Shown piece after piece: positions 10,401 to 18,628 of a DNA stretch of 64,000 bases (positions are counted from its first letter, which is position 1; each line of letters starts with the position of its first letter). Both the position numbers and the translations under genes were made by a program. Location: positions 32,001 through 96,000 of the IMG/VR virus record IMGVR_UViG_3300045978_000284. The stretch is one strand, 5' to 3'. The notes beneath the pieces are model-generated. The model ran no database searches and was not told the DNA's origin. It was given only the letters and a program-made list of their open reading frames with translations. The stretch comes from a virus.

Positions 10401-10594
10401 GCGGCGAAATGAACCGCGAGATCCCGGAGGCCGTGAAGGAGCCCTGGAAGAAGATCGAGAGCCAGCTCCCGACGCTCCTGCGGGGTCTTTCGTCGGCCAC
10501 CATCAAGACGACGCGGCAGCGGCTCGGCCTCGCCCTCAAGCCAGGCCAGACGTGGATCGGCCTGCGGCGCGACCTGGAGCGGCCGTTCAAGTAG
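7451..10594 (+). CDS. Multidomain head-associated polyprotein: unknown domain, HAD phosphatase, PD-(D/E)xK nuclease, PI3K/HipA-like kinase
   Basis: GTGA overlap start; FDFDGTL...FSTR...YIDDRA; GERLA...PVDL...VEVKT; KP..GE...REVAA...GNFDRHFGNW...IDHGHAF; three DDxCxWxxIxGxx[VI]C tags. Confidence 0.85.
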   Translation: MSAKWDVVLAERLLADKERSGIEAFMRGTGRKRGGGEQGGGGGDEDDGDCKWVTIRGNPVCLTPGHGGHRKGESIAKSQAAYSDVPTGKGGRVRAVSRIWNPTAENTWRGSGAVTPKWPKGVEPGRVLDRFRFNTTSMSASGHIEEDENQRKRAVIHEVVNDTPSLLTSQERRNQPTGSYPSRAGESRTLLRELMVSLRDKGVREAILPPRVVGAGAEPWMAYQSTRGDKPYPRSWPGMSVQFGRAEPRPGVVAGPGLGDATARPVPPHRILDRLKAKPVTDAGGKITGYRVNVEEMQYLCEMAWPEDRVLADPERRRVVAAFDFDGTLAQYQGWGDGTPGDPIPGMREVIDQLQAAGAEVLIFSTRDADQIRAWLTKHEWPALEVTNKKHPRITVYIDDRALEYEPETLDTLAVRVMNFRPWWQTVDHQLADEDDDCTWITIDGRHICIQPKHAWHDRTPRVKVSRAPHWRREPIEGKRISWSQQGKMGERLAIAHLKRLGFRDARPATKISNFPVDLVHGDTLVEVKTGLASNTQKSQHWRTTIGEPGKAERRWLRELDRDKKLRWNAEKMRQIHLRKQAVVKALSRELGRPIKTETVALILDPGRRKADVYRFEGFPRRVGWRSPTAQQGYVTTYDYKLSEDLWDVPAPPLRPDVYELAEPEAEPADPETVDDEADDDADWPSWVPLGVRAEVEGALSRWSRDVEKAIAKEDSRSLAEEDDDECIWRMIGGHPVCIRASHAEHGRGERPDRGAPRETRRFRSETTPRAPKPPAKGINPEPLTTRVASPRLFSPVARAVPLGHRYGEKPSGDPEGHLNSVFRVTLENGNDAVWKPAAGEHSAFSGADPAKLKGFTQDLRAFGQPGTYWKREVAASRIARAVGMEDLVPSTDPASFGTEHGALQTFQRGVSPMTLGRDLYGKRLEDVERAVLYDAVIGNFDRHFGNWLVAPTGKLILIDHGHAFPRTQVVKHPGDLREGLRAGGEMNREIPEAVKEPWKKIESQLPTLLRGLSSATIKTTRQRLGLALKPGQTWIGLRRDLERPFK

Positions 10595-10790
10595 CGCGTC
10601 ACGCGCCCGTCACGGTTCCGGGCTCACTAAGCGATGGGCGGGTAAGGCCGCTGAGCGAGACACCTGCGGACGCGGGCCGGGACGCGCCCACCCCGGCGAT
10701 TCACGCGCAGGACCGCGGCGCCCCGAGGACGGCGCTGGTGGTGTGGTCATGAGCGGCGAGCGCGTGCGGTACGGTCTCGCAGGAGGGAAG

Positions 10791-10820
10791 TTGACGTCAC
10801 GCTAGCCCGCATGCGATAAG
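10791..10820 (+). promoter_or_regulatory. Candidate sigma70-type promoter for the head operon
   Basis: TTGACG, 18 nt, TGn-GATAAG in the largest intergenic gap of the structural region. Confidence 0.4.
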
Positions 10821-10872
10821 GTCAATCAACGCGCTCCCGGCTGTGACCGGGGGCGGCATGGCTGACCCGCAA

Positions 10873-10909
10873 AGGGAGGCCCGACGCGTCGTCGTCGGGC
10901 CTTTCTCTT
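10873..10909 (+). terminator. Intrinsic terminator-like hairpin in leader
   Basis: AGGCCCGACG/CGTCGGGCCT 10-bp stem followed by TTCTCTT. Confidence 0.6.
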
Positions 10910-10929
10910 GTCTGGTCCTGACAACGATT

Positions 10930-11052
10930 CGCACGGCTCGACCCAGCGCCCGGAGTCATGACCCGGGCGCCGGCGAAATGCCGGGACACCGAGGGGCGGT
11001 TTCTGGTGCACCAGCCAGGAACCGCCCTTCTGTGTTCTGGGGCCGGGGTCAG
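10930..11052 (+). ncRNA. Candidate structured leader RNA
   Basis: Stems GCGCCCGG/CCGGGCGC, CCGGC/GCCGG and 16-bp GAGGGGCGGTTTCTGG/CCAGGAACCGCCCTTC. Confidence 0.35.
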
Positions 11053-11065
11053 AGGGAGAGCAGGC

Positions 11066-11746
11066 ATGATCAAGCCGTTCAAGGGACTGGCGCTCTTCGG
11101 TCGCATCCGGACTCGCCGCGGCGAGGTCGCAACGTTCCCGGGCGCGCGCGCCTTCAACATTCTTCGGGTCACGGGCGTCGTGGCGGATCCGGAGACGATC
11201 ACCATCGGCGCCGATGTGTACGAGATCGACCTGGCGGCCGACGGCGTGACGGCCGGACGCATTCAGGTGGTTCCGGCCACGAACTCGGCGGACAACTTCC
11301 TCACGGCGTTCGCGGCCAAGGTCAACCAGAGCGGCCAGGGGATCGCCGGCGCCGGTGTCGAGGCGGTGCGCGCGCTCAAGATCAGCGCCACGGAGGTCGC
11401 CGTCTTCACGGCGACGCCGCGGGTGTCGACCATGGCGCTCGCCGAGAGCATGACGAACGGCGCCTGGGACTCGGCGGCCCTGCGCGGCGGCCTGGCCACC
11501 TCGGAGCGCCGGATGTTCATGGACGCCCGGGTCCCGACGGCCGGCGAGGTGACGGCGGGCACGATGCACTTCGTCCTGGACTTCACGCCGCGCGCGGTGG
11601 GGATCAACGTCGTGGTCACCTCGACGGGGGTCATCAAGGCCTGGGACGGCGGCCGCGTCCTGGCGGCCGGCCTGCTCACCCTCAACAACGCCGGATCCGT
11701 GGACTGGGCCGCCACCGACACGGTCCACGTCCTGGCCATGGAGTAG
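11066..11746 (+). CDS. Putative head fibre/decoration protein
   Basis: GAGGGAG RBS; ETITIG..VYE motif seen in virion proteins. Confidence 0.6.
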   Translation: MIKPFKGLALFGRIRTRRGEVATFPGARAFNILRVTGVVADPETITIGADVYEIDLAADGVTAGRIQVVPATNSADNFLTAFAAKVNQSGQGIAGAGVEAVRALKISATEVAVFTATPRVSTMALAESMTNGAWDSAALRGGLATSERRMFMDARVPTAGEVTAGTMHFVLDFTPRAVGINVVVTSTGVIKAWDGGRVLAAGLLTLNNAGSVDWAATDTVHVLAME

Positions 11747-11754
11747 CCGAGGGC

Positions 11755-12036
11755 GTGAGCGTCGGAGGTCTGGATGCCGCAGAGCTGGCCCGCGAGCTGG
11801 CGCCGCTCAACCCGAGGATCTCGGTGGGCATTCGCCAGGGGGGCGCGGAGGGCAAGGGCAAGCGCATGCCATATGACAAGCTGAGCGGCCTGCCGGACCA
11901 CGTGCGCAAGCGCGGCAAGACGGCCAGCAAGCGCTGGCGGGCGATCTTCAACAGCGTGTTCGCGAAGGACGGCGAGGCGAAGGCCTTCGCGGCGGCCAAC
12001 GCCTCGCTGGATGACCCGCATTCCGGGCACACCTGA
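11755..12036 (+). CDS. ChaB-family protein (alternative start 11866)
   Basis: MPYDKLSGLPDHVRK...WRAIFNSVF...AFAAANA; ChaB commonly sits beside prohead proteases. Confidence 0.75.
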   Translation: MSVGGLDAAELARELAPLNPRISVGIRQGGAEGKGKRMPYDKLSGLPDHVRKRGKTASKRWRAIFNSVFAKDGEAKAFAAANASLDDPHSGHT

Positions 12037-12042
12037 GACCGC

Positions 12043-13806
12043 ATGCTGAGCGACCGGATCGGTCGCGTGATCGAGGGGTACGAGCTCTCAACGTCGCTCT
12101 TCGGGGAGCCGAAGTCGAAGCTCCTGCTCTTCCCGCGCGGCCAGTTCGATCATCCGAAGTACGGCAAGATGACCTTCGACGACGAGTTCTTCGACGAGGT
12201 CGTCGCCAACTACAAGAACAAGGTGCTCGGCCGGACCGAGCCCTACATCGACTTCGACCACCAGAAGGGCCGCGCGGCCGCGTGGATCCGCGAGCTGTCG
12301 GTCGATCCCGATGGCCTGTGGGCCTCGCGCGTCGACTGGACGCCCGCCGGCGAGACGGCGGTGCGCTCGGGCGAGTACCGCTACGTGTCGCCCTGGTGGG
12401 GCTCCGTGTCCGACGCGGCGAACGGCGAGACCTACGATCGCGTGCTGCGCGGGGCCGGGCTCACGAACGTCCCCTATCTGAAGCAGCTTCCGCCGGTGGC
12501 CCAGGACGCGGTCCTTGAGGAGAGCGAGCCGCTGGTCGAGCTGATGCTCAGCGAGTTCCTGCTCGCGGGCAACCCGTACCGGGCGGCCGATGGGACGTTC
12601 ACCGACGCGGCCCACGACGTCGGCGGTGGCGGTGTCGGTGGTGGTGGCGGCAAGGGCGGCGGCGCCGGGCCCGCTGCGGTCAAGGTCTCGCGCAGCGCGG
12701 CCCGGGGCGCCCAGATCGGCTGGGACCTCGGGCGCCTCTTCGGCTCCACGAAGCTCTCCGGGGCAGCGGCGACCGGCATCGGGATCGCGGCCGGTCTCGG
12801 GTCGCTGGCCGCGGCGAATCCGGATGCGGCCATGAAAGTGGCGGGCCTGGCGAAGGCCCTCGGCTCGCGTGTCATGCGTCACGGGCCGGCGATCGCTGGA
12901 ACCGTCCTGGCCGGCGCGGGCATGCTCGGGCTGTCGCGCGTCGGCCGGCCCCCCGCGCCAGGGCGACAGTCACCGGCCGAGCTTGAAGTCGGCGCGGCCA
13001 TGGCGCGGCAGGGCTTGCTCCCGCCCGCGGCTCCCGGTGGCGCTCCCGCGAAGCCAGCGCTGGGAGCTCTGGCGACCGGGAAAATCCAGAACGCCAAGGC
13101 CGTGCTGCGCGAGGTGCTCTCGCGCTATCGCTCGATGCCCCTCAAGCCGGAGGCGCCCGCCGCTCCAGCGGCGCCCGCCGAACCGCCCTACACGTCCTGG
13201 GTCGAGCGGCAGATCGCGTCGGGCGAGAAGGGCTCGCGAGGCACGCGGCGGCTGCGCAAGGGCGGCGGCGTCGGCTACCAGGGCGGCCGCAACGTGCGCC
13301 TCGACGACGTGCTCGCCACGTTCCGGGAGTTCCGCCTGGCGGATGAGGAGGACGACGCCCTGGAGGCCATCGACGTCGATGCCATCCCGGACGATCTCGC
13401 CGAGGCGATCCTGAAGATGCTGCAGGCCTACGTGGAGCGCGAAGAGAAGGCGCTCTCCGAGCGGCTGCATCGCACGCTGACCGGCCAGGCGCTCGCCGAT
13501 GGCGACCCGGAGGACGAGGACGAGGAAGAGGACGAGGACGAGGACGAGGACGAGGATCTCGAGTCCCTGCCGAACCGGGTGCGCGCAGCCTGGAACGCGA
13601 TGTACCCGATGGGCATCTCCATGAACGGCGCGCGCCATCCCTACCTCACCAAGATCTTCGAGGAGCACGTGATCGCGGAGGACGGCGAGCGGCCGAACAC
13701 GTGGTGGCAGATTCCGTGGCGAGAGGTCGGCCCACAGATCGTCTTCGACATGGCGGCCCGCATCCCGGTCCACCAGGTGTGGCTGCCTGCGGGAGCGACC
13801 GCATGA
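12043..13806 (+). CDS. Mu I-like prohead protease fused to tagged cargo and acidic scaffold-like domain
   Basis: PRG.F.HP.YG, IDFDH, AAAWI, VDWTPAG, GEYRYVSP, GAGLTNVPY motifs. Confidence 0.9.
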   Translation: MLSDRIGRVIEGYELSTSLFGEPKSKLLLFPRGQFDHPKYGKMTFDDEFFDEVVANYKNKVLGRTEPYIDFDHQKGRAAAWIRELSVDPDGLWASRVDWTPAGETAVRSGEYRYVSPWWGSVSDAANGETYDRVLRGAGLTNVPYLKQLPPVAQDAVLEESEPLVELMLSEFLLAGNPYRAADGTFTDAAHDVGGGGVGGGGGKGGGAGPAAVKVSRSAARGAQIGWDLGRLFGSTKLSGAAATGIGIAAGLGSLAAANPDAAMKVAGLAKALGSRVMRHGPAIAGTVLAGAGMLGLSRVGRPPAPGRQSPAELEVGAAMARQGLLPPAAPGGAPAKPALGALATGKIQNAKAVLREVLSRYRSMPLKPEAPAAPAAPAEPPYTSWVERQIASGEKGSRGTRRLRKGGGVGYQGGRNVRLDDVLATFREFRLADEEDDALEAIDVDAIPDDLAEAILKMLQAYVEREEKALSERLHRTLTGQALADGDPEDEDEEEDEDEDEDEDLESLPNRVRAAWNAMYPMGISMNGARHPYLTKIFEEHVIAEDGERPNTWWQIPWREVGPQIVFDMAARIPVHQVWLPAGATA

Positions 13807-15719
13807 GCCTCCGGACGACCCTCGCCGAGCACACCCTGGCCAACCCCTACCGGGACGAGGGCGGTCGGTTCACGACAGAGTCACAAGACACGGGTGGACG
13901 CACTGGGGGCGCGGCGAAAGGCGAGGGGCGCCTCGCCAAGACCGCCAAGCGCGTCGCGAAGGCGGCGGGGGCAGCACTGGATCTCCCGGAGGCCGAAACC
14001 CGGACGATCAGCGCCGATAGAGCGGCGGTGGGGAAGGCGATCAAGAGAGGCATCGGGCACGGTGTGGTGACCGGCCTGGTGCTCGGTCGGCGCGCCGGGC
14101 TCGTAACTGGAGCTGCGGAGGCCGTGACGCAGCTCTCCAAAGCGCCGAAGCTCCGGCGCACCGTCGACCGCGCCCTCCGCACAGTCAGTCGGGGCGCCAT
14201 CAACCTGGGGCCCAAGGGTGTCGGCCAGCTGATCAATGGCCTGGTCCTCACGGGAAGCCTCGCGTACTCGGCCTACCAGATCTACAAGGGGCTGCAGTCG
14301 CTGCGGCCCCCCGGGCCGAGTCGTCAGCTGGCCGAACCCGATGTGGCCGATCGGGAGTCGTTCGAGGCTGTGCCGGAGGTGATCTGGAAGGCCCTCCTGT
14401 CGGCCCTCAAGGACTACACCAAGCATGGCGATGGCGATCGCCTGCAGCGGGACCTGGCCGCCATCGCGCCGGCCCAGTCCGAGCTATCGGAGACCCTGCA
14501 GGAGTACGCGCTGGCGAACCCGTACCGAGATCGAGAGGGCAAGTTCACCACCGAGGCCGGCGACACGGGCGGCGGCGGGCGCGGTGCAAAGACCGAGAGG
14601 CCGCGCGCGCGCAAGCGCGGCCTGGGCGGTGAATCGGTATCCGAAAGCCTGAAGGTCGGTGCCGCCACTGGCGCGACGATGGCCGTCGGCAGCGCGTTCG
14701 CCATGCCGCCGTTGCATGCGGTTGGGGCCGGCGGCCTCTCGGGGGTCGGGGCGGCGGCCTGGAATATCGGGAAGAGCCCGAAAGGCCGCGCCGCCGTCGC
14801 CAAGACCGTGCGCACGCTGAGCAACGGTGCCATCAAGATCGGCCCCAAGGCCGTGGGCCGCATCCTGAAAGGCGTTAGCGTGGCGGCCACTCTCGGGGGC
14901 AGCGCCGTGGCCATGCACGCGCTCTACAAGGCGATGGGTGGCGGAGGGGATCTCCTCGGAACCTTCCGCGACGAGCTGGCCAAGCCGGGAGGGCCCCGGG
15001 GCGGCCCGGCCCCGTTCTCCCCCTACGGTGGGAACGTGGTGAAAGAGCCCACCTATACGGGAGGAGGTCGTCCCCCCGATCCACCCGATCCGACCATTCG
15101 CCGACCGGGCGACACGGCGGCGGTCGAGTACCGGGGCAAGACGTTCTATGGGAAGACCGAGGACGACGCCATGAACAAGCTCAGGCGAGCCCAGCTCCCC
15201 GAGCAGGGCGCATTCGTCGGAGACACGTCGACCATCTTCCGCGGAACCTCCGGGAAGCCACTCGCCCCCGGCCTCGGCATCGTCGGCTACCCGAAGACCA
15301 GGGAGGAAGCCGCGGCGCGCACGCAGGCATTCCGGAGCACGGTGTATGGAGGCCAGAAGTTCACATCCAAGTCGAAGCCGATCCCGACGCTCGAGCCGCC
15401 CAAGGCGCGGTTGGGTGGCCTCCTGGGTCCGCCGCGCGTGGACACGCTCGAAGACCTGCTGAAGCGCCCCGGCTTCAAGCTGGCCGAGCCGGACGCGCCG
15501 GACGATCTGCCCGAACCGCTCCTGAAGGCCATGGTGTCGGCCCTCCAGGACTACGCGAAGCACGAGGACGCCGACCGTCTCCGGCGGGATCTCGCGGCGA
15601 TCCAGGCGCGCGTGGACGCGGCCGCGGACCAGACGGAACCCGCACTGTCAGAACCTTCCATCGGCGAGGTCCTGGGCCAGCAGGCCCGGAGAAGCCTGCT
15701 CGCCGCGATCGCCCACTGA
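13803..15719 (+). CDS. Putative internal head polyprotein with two NPYRD-tagged modules
   Basis: ATGA overlap; internal duplication LANPYRDxxGxFTTExxDTGG...RTxSxGAIxxGPK.VG...LAEPD...ALxDYxKH. Confidence 0.75.
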   Translation: MSLRTTLAEHTLANPYRDEGGRFTTESQDTGGRTGGAAKGEGRLAKTAKRVAKAAGAALDLPEAETRTISADRAAVGKAIKRGIGHGVVTGLVLGRRAGLVTGAAEAVTQLSKAPKLRRTVDRALRTVSRGAINLGPKGVGQLINGLVLTGSLAYSAYQIYKGLQSLRPPGPSRQLAEPDVADRESFEAVPEVIWKALLSALKDYTKHGDGDRLQRDLAAIAPAQSELSETLQEYALANPYRDREGKFTTEAGDTGGGGRGAKTERPRARKRGLGGESVSESLKVGAATGATMAVGSAFAMPPLHAVGAGGLSGVGAAAWNIGKSPKGRAAVAKTVRTLSNGAIKIGPKAVGRILKGVSVAATLGGSAVAMHALYKAMGGGGDLLGTFRDELAKPGGPRGGPAPFSPYGGNVVKEPTYTGGGRPPDPPDPTIRRPGDTAAVEYRGKTFYGKTEDDAMNKLRRAQLPEQGAFVGDTSTIFRGTSGKPLAPGLGIVGYPKTREEAAARTQAFRSTVYGGQKFTSKSKPIPTLEPPKARLGGLLGPPRVDTLEDLLKRPGFKLAEPDAPDDLPEPLLKAMVSALQDYAKHEDADRLRRDLAAIQARVDAAADQTEPALSEPSIGEVLGQQARRSLLAAIAH

Positions 15720-15735
15720 GGAGAGGAGGCCAACG

Positions 15736-16509
15736 ATGGGCAAGTTGCTCGTTCAGCTGCGCAAGGATCTCGCCCTCGCCGAGGACGCGACGGTCGTCGA
15801 GGTCATGGACCACATGGGCCGCATGCTCGCGGACGACATGACCGAGGAGGAGAAGAAGAAGGCCGAGGAAGAGGCCGCCGCCGCCAATGCGGCGAAGAGC
15901 GCCGAGGAGGAGGCCAAGAAGGAAGAGGACAAGGAGATGTCGGAGGTGCGCGCGCTGCTCAAGATCGCCAAGCCGAAGCCGGGCGCGATCCTGACGGCGG
16001 TGCGGACTCTCACGACGTCGGCCTCCGACCACGTGCTCTCGGAGACCGCGCTGGGCCGCGAGCTTGCCGAGCTGCGCCTGTCCCACAAGGAGCTGTCAGA
16101 TCAGGTCGAGGAGCTGCGCCCCGCGGCCGCGGAAGCGACGCGCCTGGCGGCCGAGGCGAAGGCCACCAAGAAGGCCACCTTCTTCGATCGCCAGCTCCAC
16201 GAGGGCAAGCTGAAGCCGGCGGAGCGGTCGTTCTATGAGGCCCAGTACGACCTCAACGAGGACGCGGTGGTCAAGTTCTTCGGCGAGCGCAAGCCGGAGA
16301 TCAAGCTCGGCCAGTGGCCGTCGGTCAATCGCCCGGTCGAGGAGCCCGCGGCCGGGGATCCGCGCGAGCGGGTGCTGGCCGAGGCGCAGAAGCTCGCCCT
16401 CGCCGAGAAGATTCCGCTCGACCAGGCCGTGCACCGCGTGACGGCCCAGGACCACGAGCTGGCCGAATCGGTGCGGGGCATGTACGGCCCGGCGGGCGTC
16501 CGCCGGTAA
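15736..16509 (+). CDS. Capsid scaffolding protein
   Basis: Charged coiled-coil, EGKLKPAE motif, position between protease and capsid, strong RBS. Confidence 0.8.
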   Translation: MGKLLVQLRKDLALAEDATVVEVMDHMGRMLADDMTEEEKKKAEEEAAAANAAKSAEEEAKKEEDKEMSEVRALLKIAKPKPGAILTAVRTLTTSASDHVLSETALGRELAELRLSHKELSDQVEELRPAAAEATRLAAEAKATKKATFFDRQLHEGKLKPAERSFYEAQYDLNEDAVVKFFGERKPEIKLGQWPSVNRPVEEPAAGDPRERVLAEAQKLALAEKIPLDQAVHRVTAQDHELAESVRGMYGPAGVRR

Positions 16510-16542
16510 TCATCCGGCTCAGCCGGGGAAGGAGGAACCACC

Positions 16543-16947
16543 ATGACGGCAGGAATGGGCACTCTGGCGAACCCTTCGGTGGGGAACGCCAACGTCGACC
16601 TCAGCGGGTCGGTGTACCGCTTCGTCAAGCGGCTCAGCACGGGGCTCATCGACCTGACGACGGCCGCGGCCGATCTCCCGGTCGGCGTGCTGTTCAACAA
16701 GCCCAAGGCGGGTGAGGCGGTCAACTGCTTCACGGTCGACGGGGGCATCGTCAAGATGATCTGGGACGGGGTGGCGGGCACGCCCCTGGTCCCGGGCGTC
16801 GCGTTGAAGCTCTCGGCGGCCTCGCCGGGCGCGGTGACGCCCACGGTGACGGCCACCGACAAGGTGGTGGCCGTGCTCGAGGACGCCAACGGCGCCACCG
16901 CGGTCGGTCACGTCATCACGGCTCAGCTCAAGGGCGGCACGCTGTAA
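16543..16947 (+). CDS. Capsid decoration/cement protein
   Basis: DLS...YRFVK...VGVL.NKP.AGEA pattern, directly before major capsid. Confidence 0.75.
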   Translation: MTAGMGTLANPSVGNANVDLSGSVYRFVKRLSTGLIDLTTAAADLPVGVLFNKPKAGEAVNCFTVDGGIVKMIWDGVAGTPLVPGVALKLSAASPGAVTPTVTATDKVVAVLEDANGATAVGHVITAQLKGGTL

Positions 16948-17010
16948 CGCCCTCGTGCCGGCGGCCCCCGACGCCGGCACGCACCCAGGGGAGAAAGTTG
17001 AGGCGCACGA

Positions 17011-17952
17011 ATGCCTCCGGCACGGCTCGACCCACGTGATGTGCGTATCGACCCGCTGCTGTCGTCGATCTCGGTGGCGTATGTGAACCGGGCCTACATC
17101 GCCCCGGGGATCGCGCCGGTCATCCCGAGCGACCTCGACGGCGGTCGGTACACGGAGTACAACCAGGCGGACTGGTTCCGGAACGAAGCGTCCAAGCGCG
17201 CGGCCGGCACGCGCTCGCGACGCGGCGAGTACGGGATCACCTTCTCGACCTACTTCTGCGAGGAAGTGGCGTTCTCGCGGGAAATCCCGGACGAGATCCG
17301 GCAGAACGCGATGCAGCCGATCCGTCCCGACACCGACGCCACCAACTACGCCACGGACAAGGTCATGCTGGCGAAGGAGGTGCGGGTCGCCACCAAGATG
17401 CGGACGGCGGCCAACTGGCCCGGCTCGGTGGCCCTGACCGGCACCAACCGCTGGAACGACTACGCGAACAGCGATCCCATCTCTGACGTCGAGGCGGGGA
17501 TCGACCTGATCCACGGCCGCACGGGGTACGACGTCAACACGATGGTCCTGCCCCATCCGGTGTGGAAGAAGCTCAAGCATCACCCGGACATCATCGACCG
17601 CATCAAGTACAGCCAGCGCGGCTTCGTGAACGTGGAGCTGCTGCAGGAGCTGTTCGAGGTCGAGCGGATCATGGTGGCCAAGCCCGTGTACACCCAGAGC
17701 AACGAAGGGCTGGCGGCCGGCGCCGAGACCTACCAGTACGTGTGGGGCAAGGACGTCTGGCTCGGCTACATCACGGGCAATCCGGGCATCCAGGAACCGA
17801 CGGCGATGTACCAGTTCGTGAGCGGCCAGCGGGCCACGCGCACCTGGCGGGAAGAGCCCGAGCACCAGGACGTGGTCGAGGCCTACGAGAAGGTGGACGA
17901 GAAGGTGATCAGCCAGCTGCTGGGCTATCTGATCGCCACCGCGATCGACTAG
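17011..17952 (+). CDS. Major capsid protein
   Basis: IDPLLSSISVAY.N..YIA, W.DYANSDPI.D, L.HHPDI.DRIKY, YVWGKD motifs; 313 aa. Confidence 0.9.
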   Translation: MPPARLDPRDVRIDPLLSSISVAYVNRAYIAPGIAPVIPSDLDGGRYTEYNQADWFRNEASKRAAGTRSRRGEYGITFSTYFCEEVAFSREIPDEIRQNAMQPIRPDTDATNYATDKVMLAKEVRVATKMRTAANWPGSVALTGTNRWNDYANSDPISDVEAGIDLIHGRTGYDVNTMVLPHPVWKKLKHHPDIIDRIKYSQRGFVNVELLQELFEVERIMVAKPVYTQSNEGLAAGAETYQYVWGKDVWLGYITGNPGIQEPTAMYQFVSGQRATRTWREEPEHQDVVEAYEKVDEKVISQLLGYLIATAID

Positions 17953-18028
17953 CAGCACCGCGCTTCAGGCGGGCGCAGGATCTGCGGACAGGGGACCGTC
18001 CGTTCCCGCCTCGCGCAGGAGAGACACG

Positions 18029-18628
18029 ATGCAGATGCTGGTGACGAAGGACATGACGGCCGCCGGGGTGCGGTACAAGGCCGGCGACCTGTTCAACGTG
18101 CTGGGGGTGCAGCATCGCCAGTTCTTCGGCGACAGCCTGATGCCCATCACGGACCCGGATCTCATCAAGGCCGCCCGGCTCGGCCAGAACTGGTACACGG
18201 TGGTCGCCCCGTTCCGATGGGCGCGCCACGACTACGCGGCGGGCGATCTGATGCGCGTCGAGGAGCGCTCGATGCTGCGGCGCCTGCCCAAGACCGAGGA
18301 CGGCCAGTCGAGCGTGCGCCCCGCGACGGGCGACGAAGTGGTCGCGTGGTACCGTCGGATCCAGGCCACAGGAGCGCTCCCAGAGGACACGGGGGCACGG
18401 GATGCCGGATTCGACGCGACCGGCGAGGACGACGACGAAGACGACGCGGGCCCGCCCCTCGTGGCCTCCGGGCGCATCGACGCGGAAACGCAGCCGGGTG
18501 AGCCCGACGACGACGAGGACGACGACGAGGACGACGACGACGAGGACGAGGACGACGGGGGCACGGTGACTCAGCCGCCGCCGCCGGCCCCGGCCGGTCG
18601 TTCCAGGGGGCGACGAGGGCGCCACTGA
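18029..18628 (+). CDS. Hypothetical protein with acidic tail
   Basis: AGGAG RBS; repeated YxAGDL; Asp/Glu tract. Confidence 0.7.
   Translation: MQMLVTKDMTAAGVRYKAGDLFNVLGVQHRQFFGDSLMPITDPDLIKAARLGQNWYTVVAPFRWARHDYAAGDLMRVEERSMLRRLPKTEDGQSSVRPATGDEVVAWYRRIQATGALPEDTGARDAGFDATGEDDDEDDAGPPLVASGRIDAETQPGEPDDDEDDDEDDDDEDEDDGGTVTQPPPPAPAGRSRGRRGRH

Noticed and set aside
10855-10885. Named riboswitch (c-di-AMP or c-di-GMP) in the head operon leader
   Set aside because: Only a few nucleotides resemble the consensus; other conserved elements not found by eye
10931-10945. 15-mer GCACGGCTCGACCCA shared with capsid gene start (17020-17034)
   Set aside because: A single 15-nt match is within chance expectation for 64 kb of GC-rich DNA
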